DNA of 64,000 nucleotides, taken from assembly GCA_973895155.1 (NCBI GenBank), contig OZ316891.1, forward strand, positions 23,021,884 through 23,085,883. Reading direction: 5' to 3'. Every line of letters starts with the position of its first letter. Positions within the stretch are counted from its first letter, which is position 1. Below the pieces are notes generated by a model. It saw only the letters and a list, made by a program, of their open reading frames with translations. It did not search any database and was not told the DNA's origin. The position numbers and the translations under genes are program-made. The stretch comes from Marsupella aquatica (taxonomy: Eukaryota > Plantae > Marchantiophyta). Of this stretch, positions 37,201 through 51,113 are shown one piece after another.

Positions 37201-39028
37201 ATGGGTCAAACAATAGACCGTAACTTGGACGCAACTATACTCCCCCCTCGGAGTAACGTGCCCCCCCCCTCCCTCGTGCATAATTTCAAAATACCAAGAA
37301 AGCCAGAGTATTTCAAATACCAAGAAAGTACCAATATAGGCAACAATACCATGCTACGCTCGTGAAGCATTTGAAATGCCAAGAAAGTACTTACCTGGCT
37401 ACCATAGAGGACAAGAGTAAGAAGTCTTTCAGTCAAATGTGATCCAGTTGTATAACCGTATTAGATCTCCCTCTCATCTTGGCCACACAATCACAAATAC
37501 ATCTCCACCATTCCATGGTCCTTTTTGGTCCTCCCTTTGTATTAGTACCTTTCATAAAGTATTGATGAGTATGACATAGTTGGGACCAAATAATACCCAG
37601 TCTAGCTTGCTTTGAGCCATCATTGGCCAAGTGCCTTAGAGGATTACAAGGAGGACAAATCTGGAGACCTCCTTGAAGGATTATATTGGGCTGCAACGAG
37701 GCCAATTTTTCAATCTCTTTTGGACTTTGAAGCATTTCTCGCAGGTTACTTAGAACCCAAAAAAGTCTCAATTGCTAGATTTCAAGGAGCTGAAGATGAC
37801 CAAGAGTGAAAATATTATCAATTTTAGAACGTCTAGCGGATACTTGAAAGGAGATTCTAAGGAGTAACTTTTGTAGTTTTGAAGAGGTGTAATATGTATC
37901 GTAAACTTTTCCTGATTCATCTGCAAGCATCTGGCTAAGTTGCTATCTGTGGGTCTATTTTCAATAGAATGAAATCTTATCGTTGGCTTCTAGACGTGTC
38001 TGCTAACTAAGGATTTCGCAACTGCCTTTGGTGCCCTTGGGTTATCAAATGTGGTGGATGACGACTTTGGTGTAAGAGATCATGGCGGCGGCTTTTGCTA
38101 TTTTAGCAAAAGCCCCACTTACGCAACATCTCCTAATCGTGACTGCTCAAAAAGAATAGACTTGAAGCGTCCTTGGTGTAAGAGATCATGGCGGCGGCTG
38201 TTGCTATGAGGATCAAGTTGCGCTAGTGGGGTCGAGGGGAAGATCTAGCCAATTGAGAGAGCTGCCATTCACAGAATTTGTTCTCTCTGGTGTACTGTGC
38301 AAGGGGCAGCAAGCGCAATCTAAGAAGGATGCGAAGGGCAAGATAAGCACAAGCCTTGACATTGAACAATTGAATCGCCAATTGCAAGCCTGATTGCAGG
38401 TAAGAAGATTCATTGACCTTTCAGGTCTGATTCTCAATGTCACTCGTTGCCAACAAATTCACTTTAATTTCAGCTGTGTACTGGTTAGTTTTCAGGTACC
38501 GGTTGTTGTAGTTGTCAAACACTAAAGCATTTGGTGTGTTGGCCTAATGCAAATTATTGGAGTTTGAGATTTAGGGTAGCCCAAGCTAGTTGAGTAGCGT
38601 CATGCCAATTTCATCCCACTCTTTGCAAGAATTAGAAGCTACAGCCAAGAAGCAGCAACGCAATCTCAGAAGAAGGGAGCAAAGAGCAGGACAAGTAGTG
38701 AACCAATTGAAAATTGATGCCAAACAAGTTATAGAAGCTGCAAACACAGAGGCAGAGAAGTTGCTTCAGCAAGCATGAGATGAAGCTAGAGTCTTCAAGG
38801 AGCAGGAACCCCAATTTAAGGAAAACCAAACTTTGGAAATTCCAAAAATCACTAAATATTATTATTTTAATAAAAAGGGGGCAACATGACGCGTGGTTGT
38901 GCGTGAAACCCTGAAAATGACTGCAACATCACATTTTAACCAATCCAACTTGACGGGACCAAGAGACATGCTCACGCGAATAGTAACAATAGAGAAATAA
39001 ATCTTTGAGATCCTTTATATATGATAAC

Positions 39029-39174
39029 TGTTAAACATCACAATAACTCCAACTGTTTTACTCATCCAATTCCTTCATATACATAGTTGGTTGTCTAGGT
39101 GGTTGGTTGTATAACTTTCATGGGTTAGGGGTTTAGTCCTAACCGTAGGTAGACTTGTTCTAGGGGTTGCAACA
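39029..39174 (-). repeat. Copia 3' LTR
   Basis: TGTTAAAC...GTTGCAACA, 3 mismatches to the other LTR. Confidence 0.95.
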
Positions 39175-39819
39175 CTCCCCCTTGGATACATCTTTGTTAT
39201 AGAGAAGATGTAGACATTTAAAGTCTACCTTGGCTATCTATTGGGGAATTGAGTTGTCTTCTAGTTTATTGTATGGTAGGGGTATAGTATCATGATAAAA
39301 GGAAGGTGGGGTGTAACCTCATTAAAACCTCCCCTCCTTTCTTGTGGGAGGAAAGAGTGTTACCACCCGTCCCTTAGTTGAGTCAGGTTTGTCTAAGTAA
39401 GTGTAAATGTATAAAATTGTCTTAACCTAAATGTTATTGGAAATTGTTTGGTAGTGTAAGGTGGGTTGTAGTTTGTAGGGTTGTCGTTGCAGTCGATTAG
39501 GTTGGTGTTGTGTTGTAGTGGTTTTGGTTGTCACGGAGGTGCTGCATCGATCGTCTTTGTGTATGATATTGTTGTCTGCTTCTGCGGAGTTGATGTAATC
39601 ACCATATCAGTGATTCATGAAGTCTGTGTTGGTCTTCTGGTGAGTTGATCGGTGGCGCGGTGAGCTGGATTGTTGATTGGTGATGCTGGTCGATTTGAGT
39701 GTAGTGCCGCAGTTGGATCTTCGGGGAGTAGTGTCATCTGTCTGGGAGCTGGAGGTAAGTGCGCGCTCCCCCTGAGTCTTGGAAGGTCTTTATGTGGTTC
39801 GCTTATCCTGTGACAGTTC

Positions 39820-42800
39820 AGAAAGGCTATGCATTCCAAGTAATCGGATTAGTGCCTTATGTAGTACTGGAGGTAGAGATTTTGTGAAGAGGTCTGCAGC
39901 GTTCTTCGAACTTGGGATCCATTGGACGTTAATTGTGTCGCCATGTTGTTCCTGTGTAAAGAAATTTTTTGGGGAAATGTGTTTTGTCTTGTCACCTTTG
40001 ATGAATCCTGCAGAAATTTGTTCTATGCATGGTCTGTTATCTTCGTAGATGACAGTAGGGGAGTTGAGTTTAGGTTTACCTATGGTTTCTTGAAGGTAAT
40101 TGATTACATTGCGTAACCAGATGCACTCGCGGCTCGCCTCGTAGAGTGCAATTATTCCTGAGTGATTTGAAGAAGTGGTGGTAAGTGTTTGTTTTGTGCT
40201 TCGCCACGAGATAGCTGTAGGTCCAATCAGAAAGACGTATCCTTCTGAGATTTGGCGTCCGCAATGTCGGATAAGTATCCAGCATCAGCATAGCCCGTTA
40301 GCGTGATGTCTGCTTTGTTGTAGTAGAATAATCCAAGATCAATGGTGCCATTGAGGTAACGGAATATACGTTTAACCCCGTTCGAGTGTTGGATCGTGGG
40401 TTGTGAGCTATACCTGGCTAGCAGGTTGACTGCGAAAGCAATGTCAGGTCGAGTCTGTGAAGATAAGAATAGGAGTGCGCCAATAGCCGATAAGTATGGC
40501 TTCTCGGAGCCAAGCAGTGGCTCCTCTTCATTTCTTTTCCGGAAAATGTCTTTATCTCTGTCGAGAGAACGTATGTCCATTGGTGACTTGACTGCCTTTT
40601 CGTTATGCATATTGAATTTCTTTAGCATTTTGCGTGTATATGTAGATTGGTGGAGTAGTACTCCGTGTGGTAGGTATTTGAATTGCAATCCGAGGCAGAA
40701 TGTAGTTCTGCCTAAATCTTTGATCTCGAACACCTTGTTCAGTTGTTTGATTGTATCTTGCAGGATCCTTGGTGTTCCAAATAAATTCAAGTCGTCCACG
40801 TATATTGCTACTATGATGATCTCTTGTCTTTCTTGTTTGATGAATAAGCATGGTGAAAGGTCTGAAGTTTTGAAACCCATTGCCATCATCTCTAACTTAA
40901 AATGTCTGTACCAGGTATGCCCACTCTGTTTGAGTCCATACATGGATCTGAGGACTTGGACAGCAAATTGGTTCCGAGCAGTAAGTATTTTCGGATCTAT
41001 TCCCTGTGTAGCAGGGGCCTTCCAAGAGATTGCTTTGGCGGTAGTGAGTAGCACTTTCTTGTTTGTGTGGCCAAAAGGGCCTTCATTCTTGGTGGGAGCG
41101 TTTTGTAGTCTGTGCTCCCCCTGAATATGGTAATGAACTCTGGTTAGTAATTCAGGAGGGGCTTCCATGTAAATAATGGTATCAAGATGTCCATATAGAT
41201 AAGCAGTGACTATGTCAAGTTGATGCATTGTCAATTTATGATGTATTGCGAATGCTATCAAGTATCTATATGTGATCACGTCCATGACAGGTGAGTAGGT
41301 CAGGTCGTAATCTCTGTCGGGTATCTGGGTAAATCCTTTGGCCACTAGTCGTGCCTTGTATCTGACTTTTTTGCCTTCTGCATTCCTCTTTTTGACAAAT
41401 GTCCATTTGCATCCGGTGAGGTGGGTATCAGGAGTTACTGGCGTTATTGGTCCGAATACTTGTCGGGAAATCAGGGAGTCCAGTTCTGAATTGACTGCCT
41501 TCTGCCATTCCTACCAATCATGTTGTTTTCTCGCTTCTACTATGGTTAAGGGATCAGGTGAGTCCTCCATCATTGCTGTTGATATTTGGAATGCAAATGT
41601 GTTGTCTGGTATTGTGGTGGGTCTATAGTGGATTTTGCCTGTGTAGTTGTAGTTAATGGCTATTTCTTTGTCGGGGTGGTCTGTTGGGCCCTCCTCTGGC
41701 GAGGGTTTTTATCTGTGGCTCCAGGAGGTCTTCCTCTTTTCTTGCATGGTTCAATGCTTGTGGCTGGTTGGTGGTCCATATTGATTCTAGATGGTGCGTT
41801 GGTAGCTGGGTTATGGGATCTGGTCACTTTGGCAACATCTGCAAATGCATCGGGTAATTCTTCCATTACTCGAGTAAGGTGTAGTATTCGTTGTACCTCT
41901 GTATCTGTTTGGGAAGTTCTGGGGTCATTCCAGAATTGGGAGTTGATTTGCCAGGCTAGTTTAGTGGCAGGTTCTGATGTTTTTGGTGTGGTGTTTAAGG
42001 CTGGGAATACTGTCTCATAAAAGTGGCAATCGGCAAATCTAGCTTTATATACGTCAGCAGTTGTAGGTTCTAAGTATCTAATAATGGATGTGGAGTCAAA
42101 ACCTATGTAGATCCCCTTCTGCCTCTGGGGTCCCAGTTTAGTCCTCTTGGGTCCCATTATGGGGACCAGGACCTGGCAACCGAATGTTTGGAGGTGTGCC
42201 AGATTAGGTGAGATGCCAAATGCAAGGTGGTATGGGGAGCTCGTGTTAAAAGCAGATGGCCTGTATCTAAGGAGTGAAGCTGCATGTAGGATGGCGTGGC
42301 CCCAGGCAGATGATGGGAGACTGGTTTGCATGAGGAGTGGTCGAGCTATTGTCTGTAGACGTTTAATGAGGGATTCTGCAATCCCATTTTGGAAATGAAC
42401 GTAGGCTATAGGGTATTCAACCTCAATCCCAGATGCGATGCAGAAGTCATCGAATGTCTGTGATGTGAATTCTCCCACGTTGTCTACTCTTAATGTTTTG
42501 ATGGGGTGGTCGGGAAATTGTGCTTTTAGGCGCAAGATATGGGCTAAGAGTTGGGAGAAGACTAAGTTGCGTGTTGAGAGGAGGGAGACCTGGGACCATT
42601 TTGATGCGGCGTCAATGGTAGCTAAGAAGAACCTGAAGGGTCCGCTTGGGGGATCGACAGGGCCGCATACATCCGCATGTATTCGCTCAAGGAATTTGGG
42701 GATATTCTTGTCTGTTTTGGATGGGAAGGTCTCATTGTGAGTTTTCCCTGTGAGCATGCTAGGCAAGGAGATTGGATGGATGTTGGGTGTACTGAGGTGG

Positions 42801-44252
42801 GTATTCCCTGCGTGTCTTTGAGGATCTTATGGAACATCTGTGTGCTTGGGTGTCCTAGGCGGCAATGCCATGTTTTGGTTATAGTCTGTGGAGGGGTCTC
42901 ATTGAAAAAGGTGTGGATTCTAATGGCGTAGAATCCCAATGGAAAGGCTATTAGGGTCTCTTTTGTTTCTATGCCATTCTTGGTCTTGGCCATGATGTGT
43001 AATACTTCTTGGGATTCGTGGATGCTGGTGTGGATGTGCAGGCCGTTCTCCCGGATGTCCTTGAAATGCAAGAGGTTACGTGTGGCTTTTGGGGCATATG
43101 TTGCGGATTTAATGTGTATAACCGTGCCCTTGGGCAGGACCAGGTTGGCTGGGCCATTGCCCTCTTCTAGCTGATGGTTGCCCATAATTGTGGTAACTCT
43201 CCGTTGGGAGGGTATGATCTGGGTAAAGTAAACTTTGGTTCTTAATATTGAGTGTGAGGTCCCGCTGTCTAGTATGCAGCAATGAGGGTCATCCAGGGCT
43301 TTAGACATTTCTGACTGGAAGGCGAGGTGCAGTTCGGGTAAGATCTCTGGAGTTTCTAGGAATGCTCCATGTGTCTCGTATTCATCATTATGTAAGTTCT
43401 TTTGGTATAGCGCGACGAGGTGTGTTGGGGCCCGGCACATTTTCCTAATGTGGCCTTTAGTTCCGCACCTAAGTATGGCAAATTGGGGGGTTGTCTGACT
43501 TATCTGTGTAGGCGTTCTGCCGTTGTTTCTTGGCCAGTTGTTGCGGAAGGTTCCTGATTGCGCTCTGCCCCGACCCCTTCCTCCACGGTAATTGCTCCTT
43601 CCGCCCCATTGGTAATTGTTGCCTCGTCCATGGAAGTTATTCCTATCGCGATAGCTACCTCTTCCGCGATATGAGGTGCCAGAGCCTCGTCTCCAAGTAT
43701 TGAAGTGTGTTTCAGGATTGGTCTGTGGAGGTAGGGTCCCGGGAGGTTGCTGCTTGGTATTCTGTAATAGCAGAATTTGATACTTCTCTGCTAGTAACAT
43801 GTGGGCGATCAGTTTGGAGTATGTTGTGAATCTCATGTTGCGGTATTGTGTGGATAGTACTAAATTGGTTGAGTGGAATGTTGACAGGGTCTTTTCGATT
43901 TGTTCCTCTTCATTGACTGGGTGGCCACAAATTGCCAATTGTGATACAATTCGGAAAAGTTTGTTGTTGTACTCAGCGATCATCTTGTGGTCCTGTACCC
44001 GAAGATTTATCCAGTCATGCCTCGCTGCCGGGAGGAAGATCGTGCGCGTATGGTCAAATCTTGCATGGAGCTCGTCCCATAGAACTTGGGGGTTGTAGGC
44101 ATTCATATATTGGCGTTTTAGGGAATCGGCAAGGTGGTGTCGAATCAGGATCAGGGCCTTTGCCTTCTCTTGTAGGGTGGGGCCATTGTCTGTTAGGATT
44201 GTATCCTCTAGGTTCTTTGATGTGAGATGCGCCTCGACATCCAGTGTCCATG
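39820..44252 (-). pseudogene. pol: Copia gag-pol (gag, protease, integrase, RT, RNase H) with frameshifts and stops
   Basis: Protease ILDSGTSH; GAG-pre-integrase WHCRLGHP...CLAC; integrase LRVDNVGEF and QNGIAES; RT MYGLKQSG and IYVDDL; RNase H start GYADAGY. The gag N-terminus lies at ~60679-60760. Confidence 0.95.
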
Positions 44253-44370
44253 GGCCCGACCTCCGTGATAGGAAACAGGAAACAGTGATGATCATAACAG
44301 GAAAAATAGTTGAACAAAACAGGAGAATTGGTATTATCATTGAGAAAAAACGGCTTAATTTTGGACCAAA
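44253..44370 (+). repeat. Left terminal inverted repeat of MULE-2
   Basis: CCGTGATAGGAAACAGGAAACAGT...ATCATAACAGGAAAAA...GAACAAAACAGGAGA...TAATTTTGGAC mirrors 60560-60678. Confidence 0.85.
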
Positions 44371-44931
44371 CCAAAGAAGTCAAATTCAACATCAACTCAA
44401 AAAGATGGGGAAAACGACAATTATCGGAAGATGTTTTTACTAGCGCTTAGTCCTAACCAAGCGTTTGATACCGTTACAAAATATCATTAACAAAATACCC
44501 GCTCACAATCTACCAGAATGATCAGAGGATAACGGTTTCTAAGGCAAGAAAAGGTCACATGCCTTTTCTTGAGAATGGTCACTGCCTTTTTCACCTCGAG
44601 AATGCATGCGAAAGAAATCCACACGTTCAGACCTAGACTACAAACTGAAACCAAGTAAGGAAATGAAGTCTAGCGCCGGGCGCTAACAAAATTGAAGTCC
44701 AAGTGACGATTGAATACAAAGAAATCTCCGTTACCCGTACAATGAAATTTACACATCCGTAAAATTGTAAAAACAAATTAAGTGTTTTGTGCAACCCACA
44801 AAAGATTGAGCCGTGTTGAAAAGCAACCAAAGGTTGTTTACTAGCGCCGGGCGCTAACCAAAACAAAGTTACCGTTACGAAACAACAAGTCCTACATTCC
44901 CGTTGAACGTAAACTAGAATACTAAACCTTC

Positions 44932-47900
44932 CTATAAACCATCAGAATTCTGCCTCCCTAGAATATAACGCAGTTCCGAAATGGTAAGAATCGGTTGGCT
45001 TGGGAGTATATTGTCCACAGGATCAAGCTTGCAGATAACTTTGTAAACCCAGTACAAGTGTTTACATGGCATGAAAGGTTTCCCTCGAGAATGTCGATGA
45101 AAGAAATCTTCACAAGAGCAACAAGGGAAAATGCAAATCTGCACCCAGTAAGTATTTGCAGTTCGTAAATGTGCATGTGTGCGTATCTGGAATCGTTTCC
45201 CGTATGAATTTCCTGATGAAACTTCCATAGTTTTGATCAAAGTCATTGTTTCTTTCGTTGCTGATTCAATCCTTTTACGATATTCCTGAGTGAGATTTGA
45301 TCTGGAGCTCATCGCACGCTTGTTTCTCATTCGAAAACGGATGTTGACTTGTGCAAGATCGATCTTTTCAGGGAAAATGTCAATGTTGATTCTCAGTTCA
45401 AATGGAGAAGGACAACGTGAAATAGCACCTCCTCTCGAGACTTCAATGCCCTGCTCGTTAAGGAAATTCAACTCCAGACTTGAAAGATGAGTGCCTTTCT
45501 GTACTGGCAAAAAGTCTGGGCAAGTAGGGAGGTTCACAATACATCGACGAGGGTGGCTCTTCCAGCAATCACGAGTGGGGCGGAACCAGACAAGCTCTGG
45601 ATGGTGTTCACCTCTGAATAAGCGGTAACCTTTGACGACTATTCCGACAACCCCTGCATTTGAAGGATATCCGACCTTCTTAATTCGATTACGACACTCA
45701 TCTCGATCACAACTTCCAGACAACGTCCCATTACACTGTGGTCCAGCACCGTGTCTAGAAACTCTCCGCAAATGCCATGACCCGGGTACAGCATCCACTT
45801 CAAAAAGTGAAGTGTCTACAGGAATGAATGGAGTGGTGTTCGGAACACTTTCTGGAACTTCGGAAGATTGAGTGACATGATGGGAAACTGGAGAGCCACT
45901 TTCAGACAAATCGATAACTGGATTCGAAGGAGGAGTTCTAAGTATCGGAATGTGCTCAAACTTGGCTGAGGTCAAATTTCTCCTCTTGCAACCTTGGGTG
46001 TTTGGCGTAGTTATGAGAACCGTGTCATGTCGATGGGAGTCTTGTGGAGAGACATTCCCGGTCGCCGGACCTTTTCTTTTCACAGACTTTGTCACAAAAT
46101 CCCCATTCAACGGAGAATCCCTCTCCAAATCAAATTCTGCTGCATTTGCGAGTAACATATTAGAGGCTTCTTCGAAGAGTTTTGGGGACCCTGCCTGGTC
46201 AGCCAAACAAAAAGCCAATTCAAACACTGTACGACCGGTACCCCGATGGAGCCCTTCACGATATGCTGTATAGGCTGCTATTTGTGAGATTGCTCTATTG
46301 TGATCGGTCTTACATCCTTCGAACAAACCAACTGTTTTCTTTCCCTGCCATGCTTTCATGATTCCGTGAACAGCTTCAGAACCAGTGCAATTGGGAATCA
46401 TCCCCCCTTCAAGTGCACTTTTGCTCTAAAAAAGAGTTTTGTCAAATTCAGTAAAATATATCGAATAAAAAAGCGGAACTTCAAAATGGGCGGATGAAAG
46501 GTATGAATGTTTTCATAATCATTGTGAACATTGAAGAAGCTATGAAGCTATTTGTTAGCGCCCGGCGTTGGCAAAAACATCAGTAAATATCACAATTACT
46601 ACTATTAATTGTGGGGAATATTAATACTAGCGCCAGGCGCTAGTATACATTGACTCACCAAACGTATGAAATTTCCCCACTGTCGCCACCTCACAACCCA
46701 CCATGCGATCCATCCTTGCAACATTCTAAGTTTCCCAGGAATACAATTTCCAGATCTCCACCATGAATCAATCTCTCGTGAAACCCTGTAGGCTTCCACA
46801 AATGAAGCGGCATTCCGCAACTTGTCCCAAAGGATTCTATGTTCAACACATTTTTCTTCAAGTACTCCTTCGATAGAGTGCCGATGCAAAGACTGATAAA
46901 AGTGGAATGCATCCGATCGCTCTATCTCCGGGTTTGGATGGTCGTCAAAGAAGACATTCCTAACCGCTATCCATCCCGCCTGAGCGTTATCCGCCATGAA
47001 ACCATGGATTTCCACACCGTTTAAACCGTTCTCCAAAGCGACTTCGATCATCAACCTCCAAGCTTTCTCAAGCGATGCAGTGTCCTCTGCTTTGAGTTCA
47101 CAAGTAAATATTGTGCACAAAGCTCGATAGTTATGGTCATACACATGTGCACTAAAAGTACTCCATTCTTTGGACATCCTTTTCATCACGTCAAAGCTCA
47201 CCCATGCTCCTTCTAGAGGCCCCCCTTTTTTCATCTGACGCAGTAAATCTACTCCCGATCCATGACCTTTGATAGTCATTTTGAAAATATGCGCTCTATC
47301 ACTTTTACAGCCCTGCCCAGGAAGAAGATATCTTTGGAGAAATGGAAACGTAACATTCTTTTGCATGCGAACCAGATATTCCAAATCACCTCGACCAACC
47401 TGATCTTTGCAAACGCTCTTAAATAATGCAGAAAACTTCTGAGGCGTTGAAACGAGCATAAGTGATTTCCAGATTTCTGATTCTTCTAGCTTTGAGATGT
47501 CATCCACAGACTCACCTACGGCATCCATTAAAGATCCAATGATCTCATTTTTCAAAACGCACGGTGTAGAAGAAGGAGACTTCTCATGCTGTCTCCGTAT
47601 TTCTTCTATTGCTATTTTCTCGGCACTTCTAGACCAGACCTTCCGACATGGATGGTTGTGCACTCCTATATGGATTGCAAGTCGTGACATGTGTTTTGCA
47701 GTGTCATTTTCGATCAAAACTTGCGGGTACATATAAAACATTTTTGCTGGACAAGACTCAACATAAAATGGAACTTGAAGGCAATAGCGACAAACAATTC
47801 CTCCAGCATCGATAAACCTCCCAGGACAATGCTGACCAGAGAGCTTGGGGGTCCCATCCCATCCATTACAGTTTCTGACTTGAGTCCTGGTGTAAAACTC

Positions 47901-48674
47901 ACATGCTCTATTTCGGCATTCGAGAGAACCACTACAGCTTACTTTCCCAAACTCCCACATCTTCTTTGGAACGACATTAGCAGAAGTAGGAAGGATTCTA
48001 GTCCAAAGGTAGCAGTCCTTGCATCGATCCATGTTTCGCAGACGATCCCCTTTCGAGCCAACACCTTGAACAGGTGGAAGCTCAAATATGGCATTCCCAT
48101 TGTACTCTACAGGTAAGCATTCAACCTGTTTGTGAATGAATGCCTCGGACCTAACAAAGCGCGCTAACTCACTTTGTCCAGTTGACTTCAACAAGGCATC
48201 AAGTGCGCTTCTTCTGTACACAACCAGAACAGGACGAGTTAGAGTGTCTCCATCATCAGACTCCTCCGACGGAAACAATACGGGGGGTACCTGGGGCGTC
48301 AACAAACTGGTACTTCCGCCCTCCTTATTGACCTCACCGCCCCTTGAGATTGGTGGAGAACCCTCAGAGCATAGGTCAATCACATCGTGAGCAACCTGGT
48401 TCCTCTCCACTTTGACATGAACAATGTCCCTTAGTTGAATGAAAATCAAGTACTCCACACCATATTCGAGATTCCAAACAACGTCCTCCGCTTCAGTATC
48501 AAAATGAGCGGGCCCATCGTTCAAAGTTCTGATACTCAAAATATGTTTTCTCGTCACCCCAAATCTTCCACACAGGTAATTATCACTAACATGTTTCTTG
48601 GTTTCGAAAATCGACACAGGGATCGTCACAACGTCACCTGTATTCGGACACGTTATTCCAATAATACGAGACAT
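44932..48674 (-). CDS. Apparently intact MULE-type transposase (~1169 aa, 2 exons: 48674-46659 and 46425-44932), GCM-like Zn domain, DDE and SWIM
   Basis: Putative triad VSFDVMK / FMADNAQ / GSEAVH; DAFH in place of CxxH; SCSGSLECRNRAC...IGVHNH; SWIM CSC..CKH. A phase-0 GT-AG intron joins the two ORFs in frame. Confidence 0.9.
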
Positions 48675-51113
48675 TCTAACTCCCCAAAGATAATCGACTA
48701 CATAAAATAATGATACATGGTAAGATCAATCTAGATTGTATGGTTGAGGGTTTCTTCTAAATCCAAGTCTCAAAAGGAAAGAGCCGTCTAGCGGTTATAG
48801 GATCCGTTGGGTACGGATTTTCTTACCGTTCACGAAACGACAAAACCATCAATTATGCGGAAAGTTACTGTTAAATTAATGGTTTTGACGTTGTAACCAA
48901 CGGGGTAATATAGTAGCGCCAGGCGCTAGCATTGTCCACATCTGAAATATCCCCAAAAATGAACAACAAAAGAAAAGATCATCGACCATTTTGGTCACTG
49001 ACACAGGTTAAAATCCTACGACAGGTTTCGGGTTTGCTTGGAAATATATTGGGTTTCCTTGGAAATACCCCTTATTTATGTCAGACGACAATATTACCCT
49101 TTGCTAATATTAAAATCGATCCATTTGAGCACGATTACAAGCTATCATAATAATAGCGCCAGGCGCTATCATAAAAGTCATAAAATTGTCAAGATGTACT
49201 CGCACATTATTTATAGAAACTTACACATTTTGGGTCCAAACATATACCATTTTCATGTGTCTCGTTACTAGCGCCGGGCGCTATTATTGAAATCTATACA
49301 TTTGAGCCATATTTGACACTAAAAGAAAATAGCGCCCGGGACTTTCGTAAACTTTATCGAAACAGAATCCGTTTATTACAAAATCTTTCATGCTTTAGTC
49401 CATTCATTCGCTTGATTTTTTAGTACAATGTTACTAGCGCCAGGCGCTATTATTAAAATTCATCATTTTAAGATATATTTTAGTCTAGCATAATAATAGC
49501 GCCAGGCGCTAATATTAGATCGAAGTAGAATACTCAGATAAACGGTCTTTTTAAACGGTAACTTTGACCGTTTATCGTTACAATTTAGAACGAATTCTTG
49601 GATAAATATATTCACGAGTACCTATAACTAGTTAAAATGTGACAAGTGTCAACCTTTAGTAGGTCTGCTTTTGGATGCTCGTGCTTTTCGATGAGTACTT
49701 ATGATACATGTCCGTCTGCCACAGGGTATATCAGATAAGATCTTTTCGCAATAGTGTCTTCCTTGATCGTTAGAACAACCTCTGCGCACGTTTAGGATCG
49801 TTGTCAATCATTCGTCCATATCGGTACAGCACCACAAGAAACGTTGCATCACGCAAGAAGCACGTTGCGGTGCGGGTTCCCCGTGTGTATGCATCTTAAA
49901 CAAACATGGAGAATCATTCTCCTGGCCATTCTGAAACATCTGAGTCCTCATTCTCCAGATCAGTTTATACTCGGAGAGTCACTCGTTCGTCTGCGTCGAA
50001 CTCTTTGTGAAACATTAGTCAGGCGATTCCAAAGCCAAAATGAGGCATCATGGAGTCTTACAGAGATTTTGCGATGGAGGACGGGGGCGAGGGAGTCCTC
50101 TCCATGGATGCTGTGATCGAGAAATACGCAATGTCGTTTGGAGTCGATTTCAAAGGGGAGAAGAAAGAGCCGCCGCGTATCCCTCTTTGTTGGCTTGTTC
50201 ACATGGAAATCATTTGGACTTTGCAGAAAAATAGTGCATCTATCGATAAGCTCAAGGATTCGTTTCGGAGCTCTGGGTACAACTCTTCAATTGGGATGCG
50301 GTTTTACGTCCAGCCCACGGATTCAGAAGGAGTCATTCAATTTTGCACGCCTGAAATTCGGGAGACCTGGGATGCTGTTTGGGTTGCCCAGAACAACTTG
50401 TTTGAAGCAGAATGTGCTACTGATCCAGATTTCCACATTCTGAAGGATAAGATGTTCTGTGTTTTTGACGGGAATCATCGACTCTACTCGTGGACCCAAG
50501 TAACAAATGAGAATCTAGACAATATCAAGTACCATCCGCGTGTTCAATGCACTGTTTTTAAGGGAGATCGAGGTTCTCTAGTTGAGCTTGAAGCGGCTAT
50601 GCACACGGTGAACCAGTAAGTATTCCTCAAGTTGCATAAACGCTATTGAATTTGGTCGATTGCGCTTGATTTTTGCAAGATTAGTTAGCGCCAGGCGCTA
50701 ATATTTTCCATTATATCTTACAGGTTAGGGCAAGCTGTGGTGGAACCATCATGGATTCTCGATGCCGATAGAATCAATAGGATTTTAACTCATGACTTGG
50801 AGGCCTACAAGCCGATCATCGACCCCGGAAGCTTCAAGAGATTTCAAACTGTTCGTGCCAAAACAAGAAAGGGGTCTTGGTATACCAAGCAGATGCCATT
50901 GGAAGCATTGGTTTACATCTTGTGTGAAAACAAGATTAAGTCATATTCACTTCAATTTAAGCTTGACTTGGCTGCTGCGGCAAGTCAAGGTCGCCCGTGG
51001 TCATCTGAAGAGACTGGTAAGCGGTATGCTGCCATGATGAAGGAGGCAACGAAGGAGTGGAGCATAAAGACATCCAAGATTACCCCCCTGATAAGCCCAG
51101 AGTTTGGTGATTT

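Noticed and set aside
37200-38900. Short ORFs and a 26-bp direct repeat (38068 and 38174)
   Set aside because: No recognisable domain or element boundary.
44253-44340. Hydrophobic N-terminus of the 572-aa ORF as a signal peptide on gag
   Set aside because: It is read-through from the MULE TIR; the true gag start lies beyond 60679.
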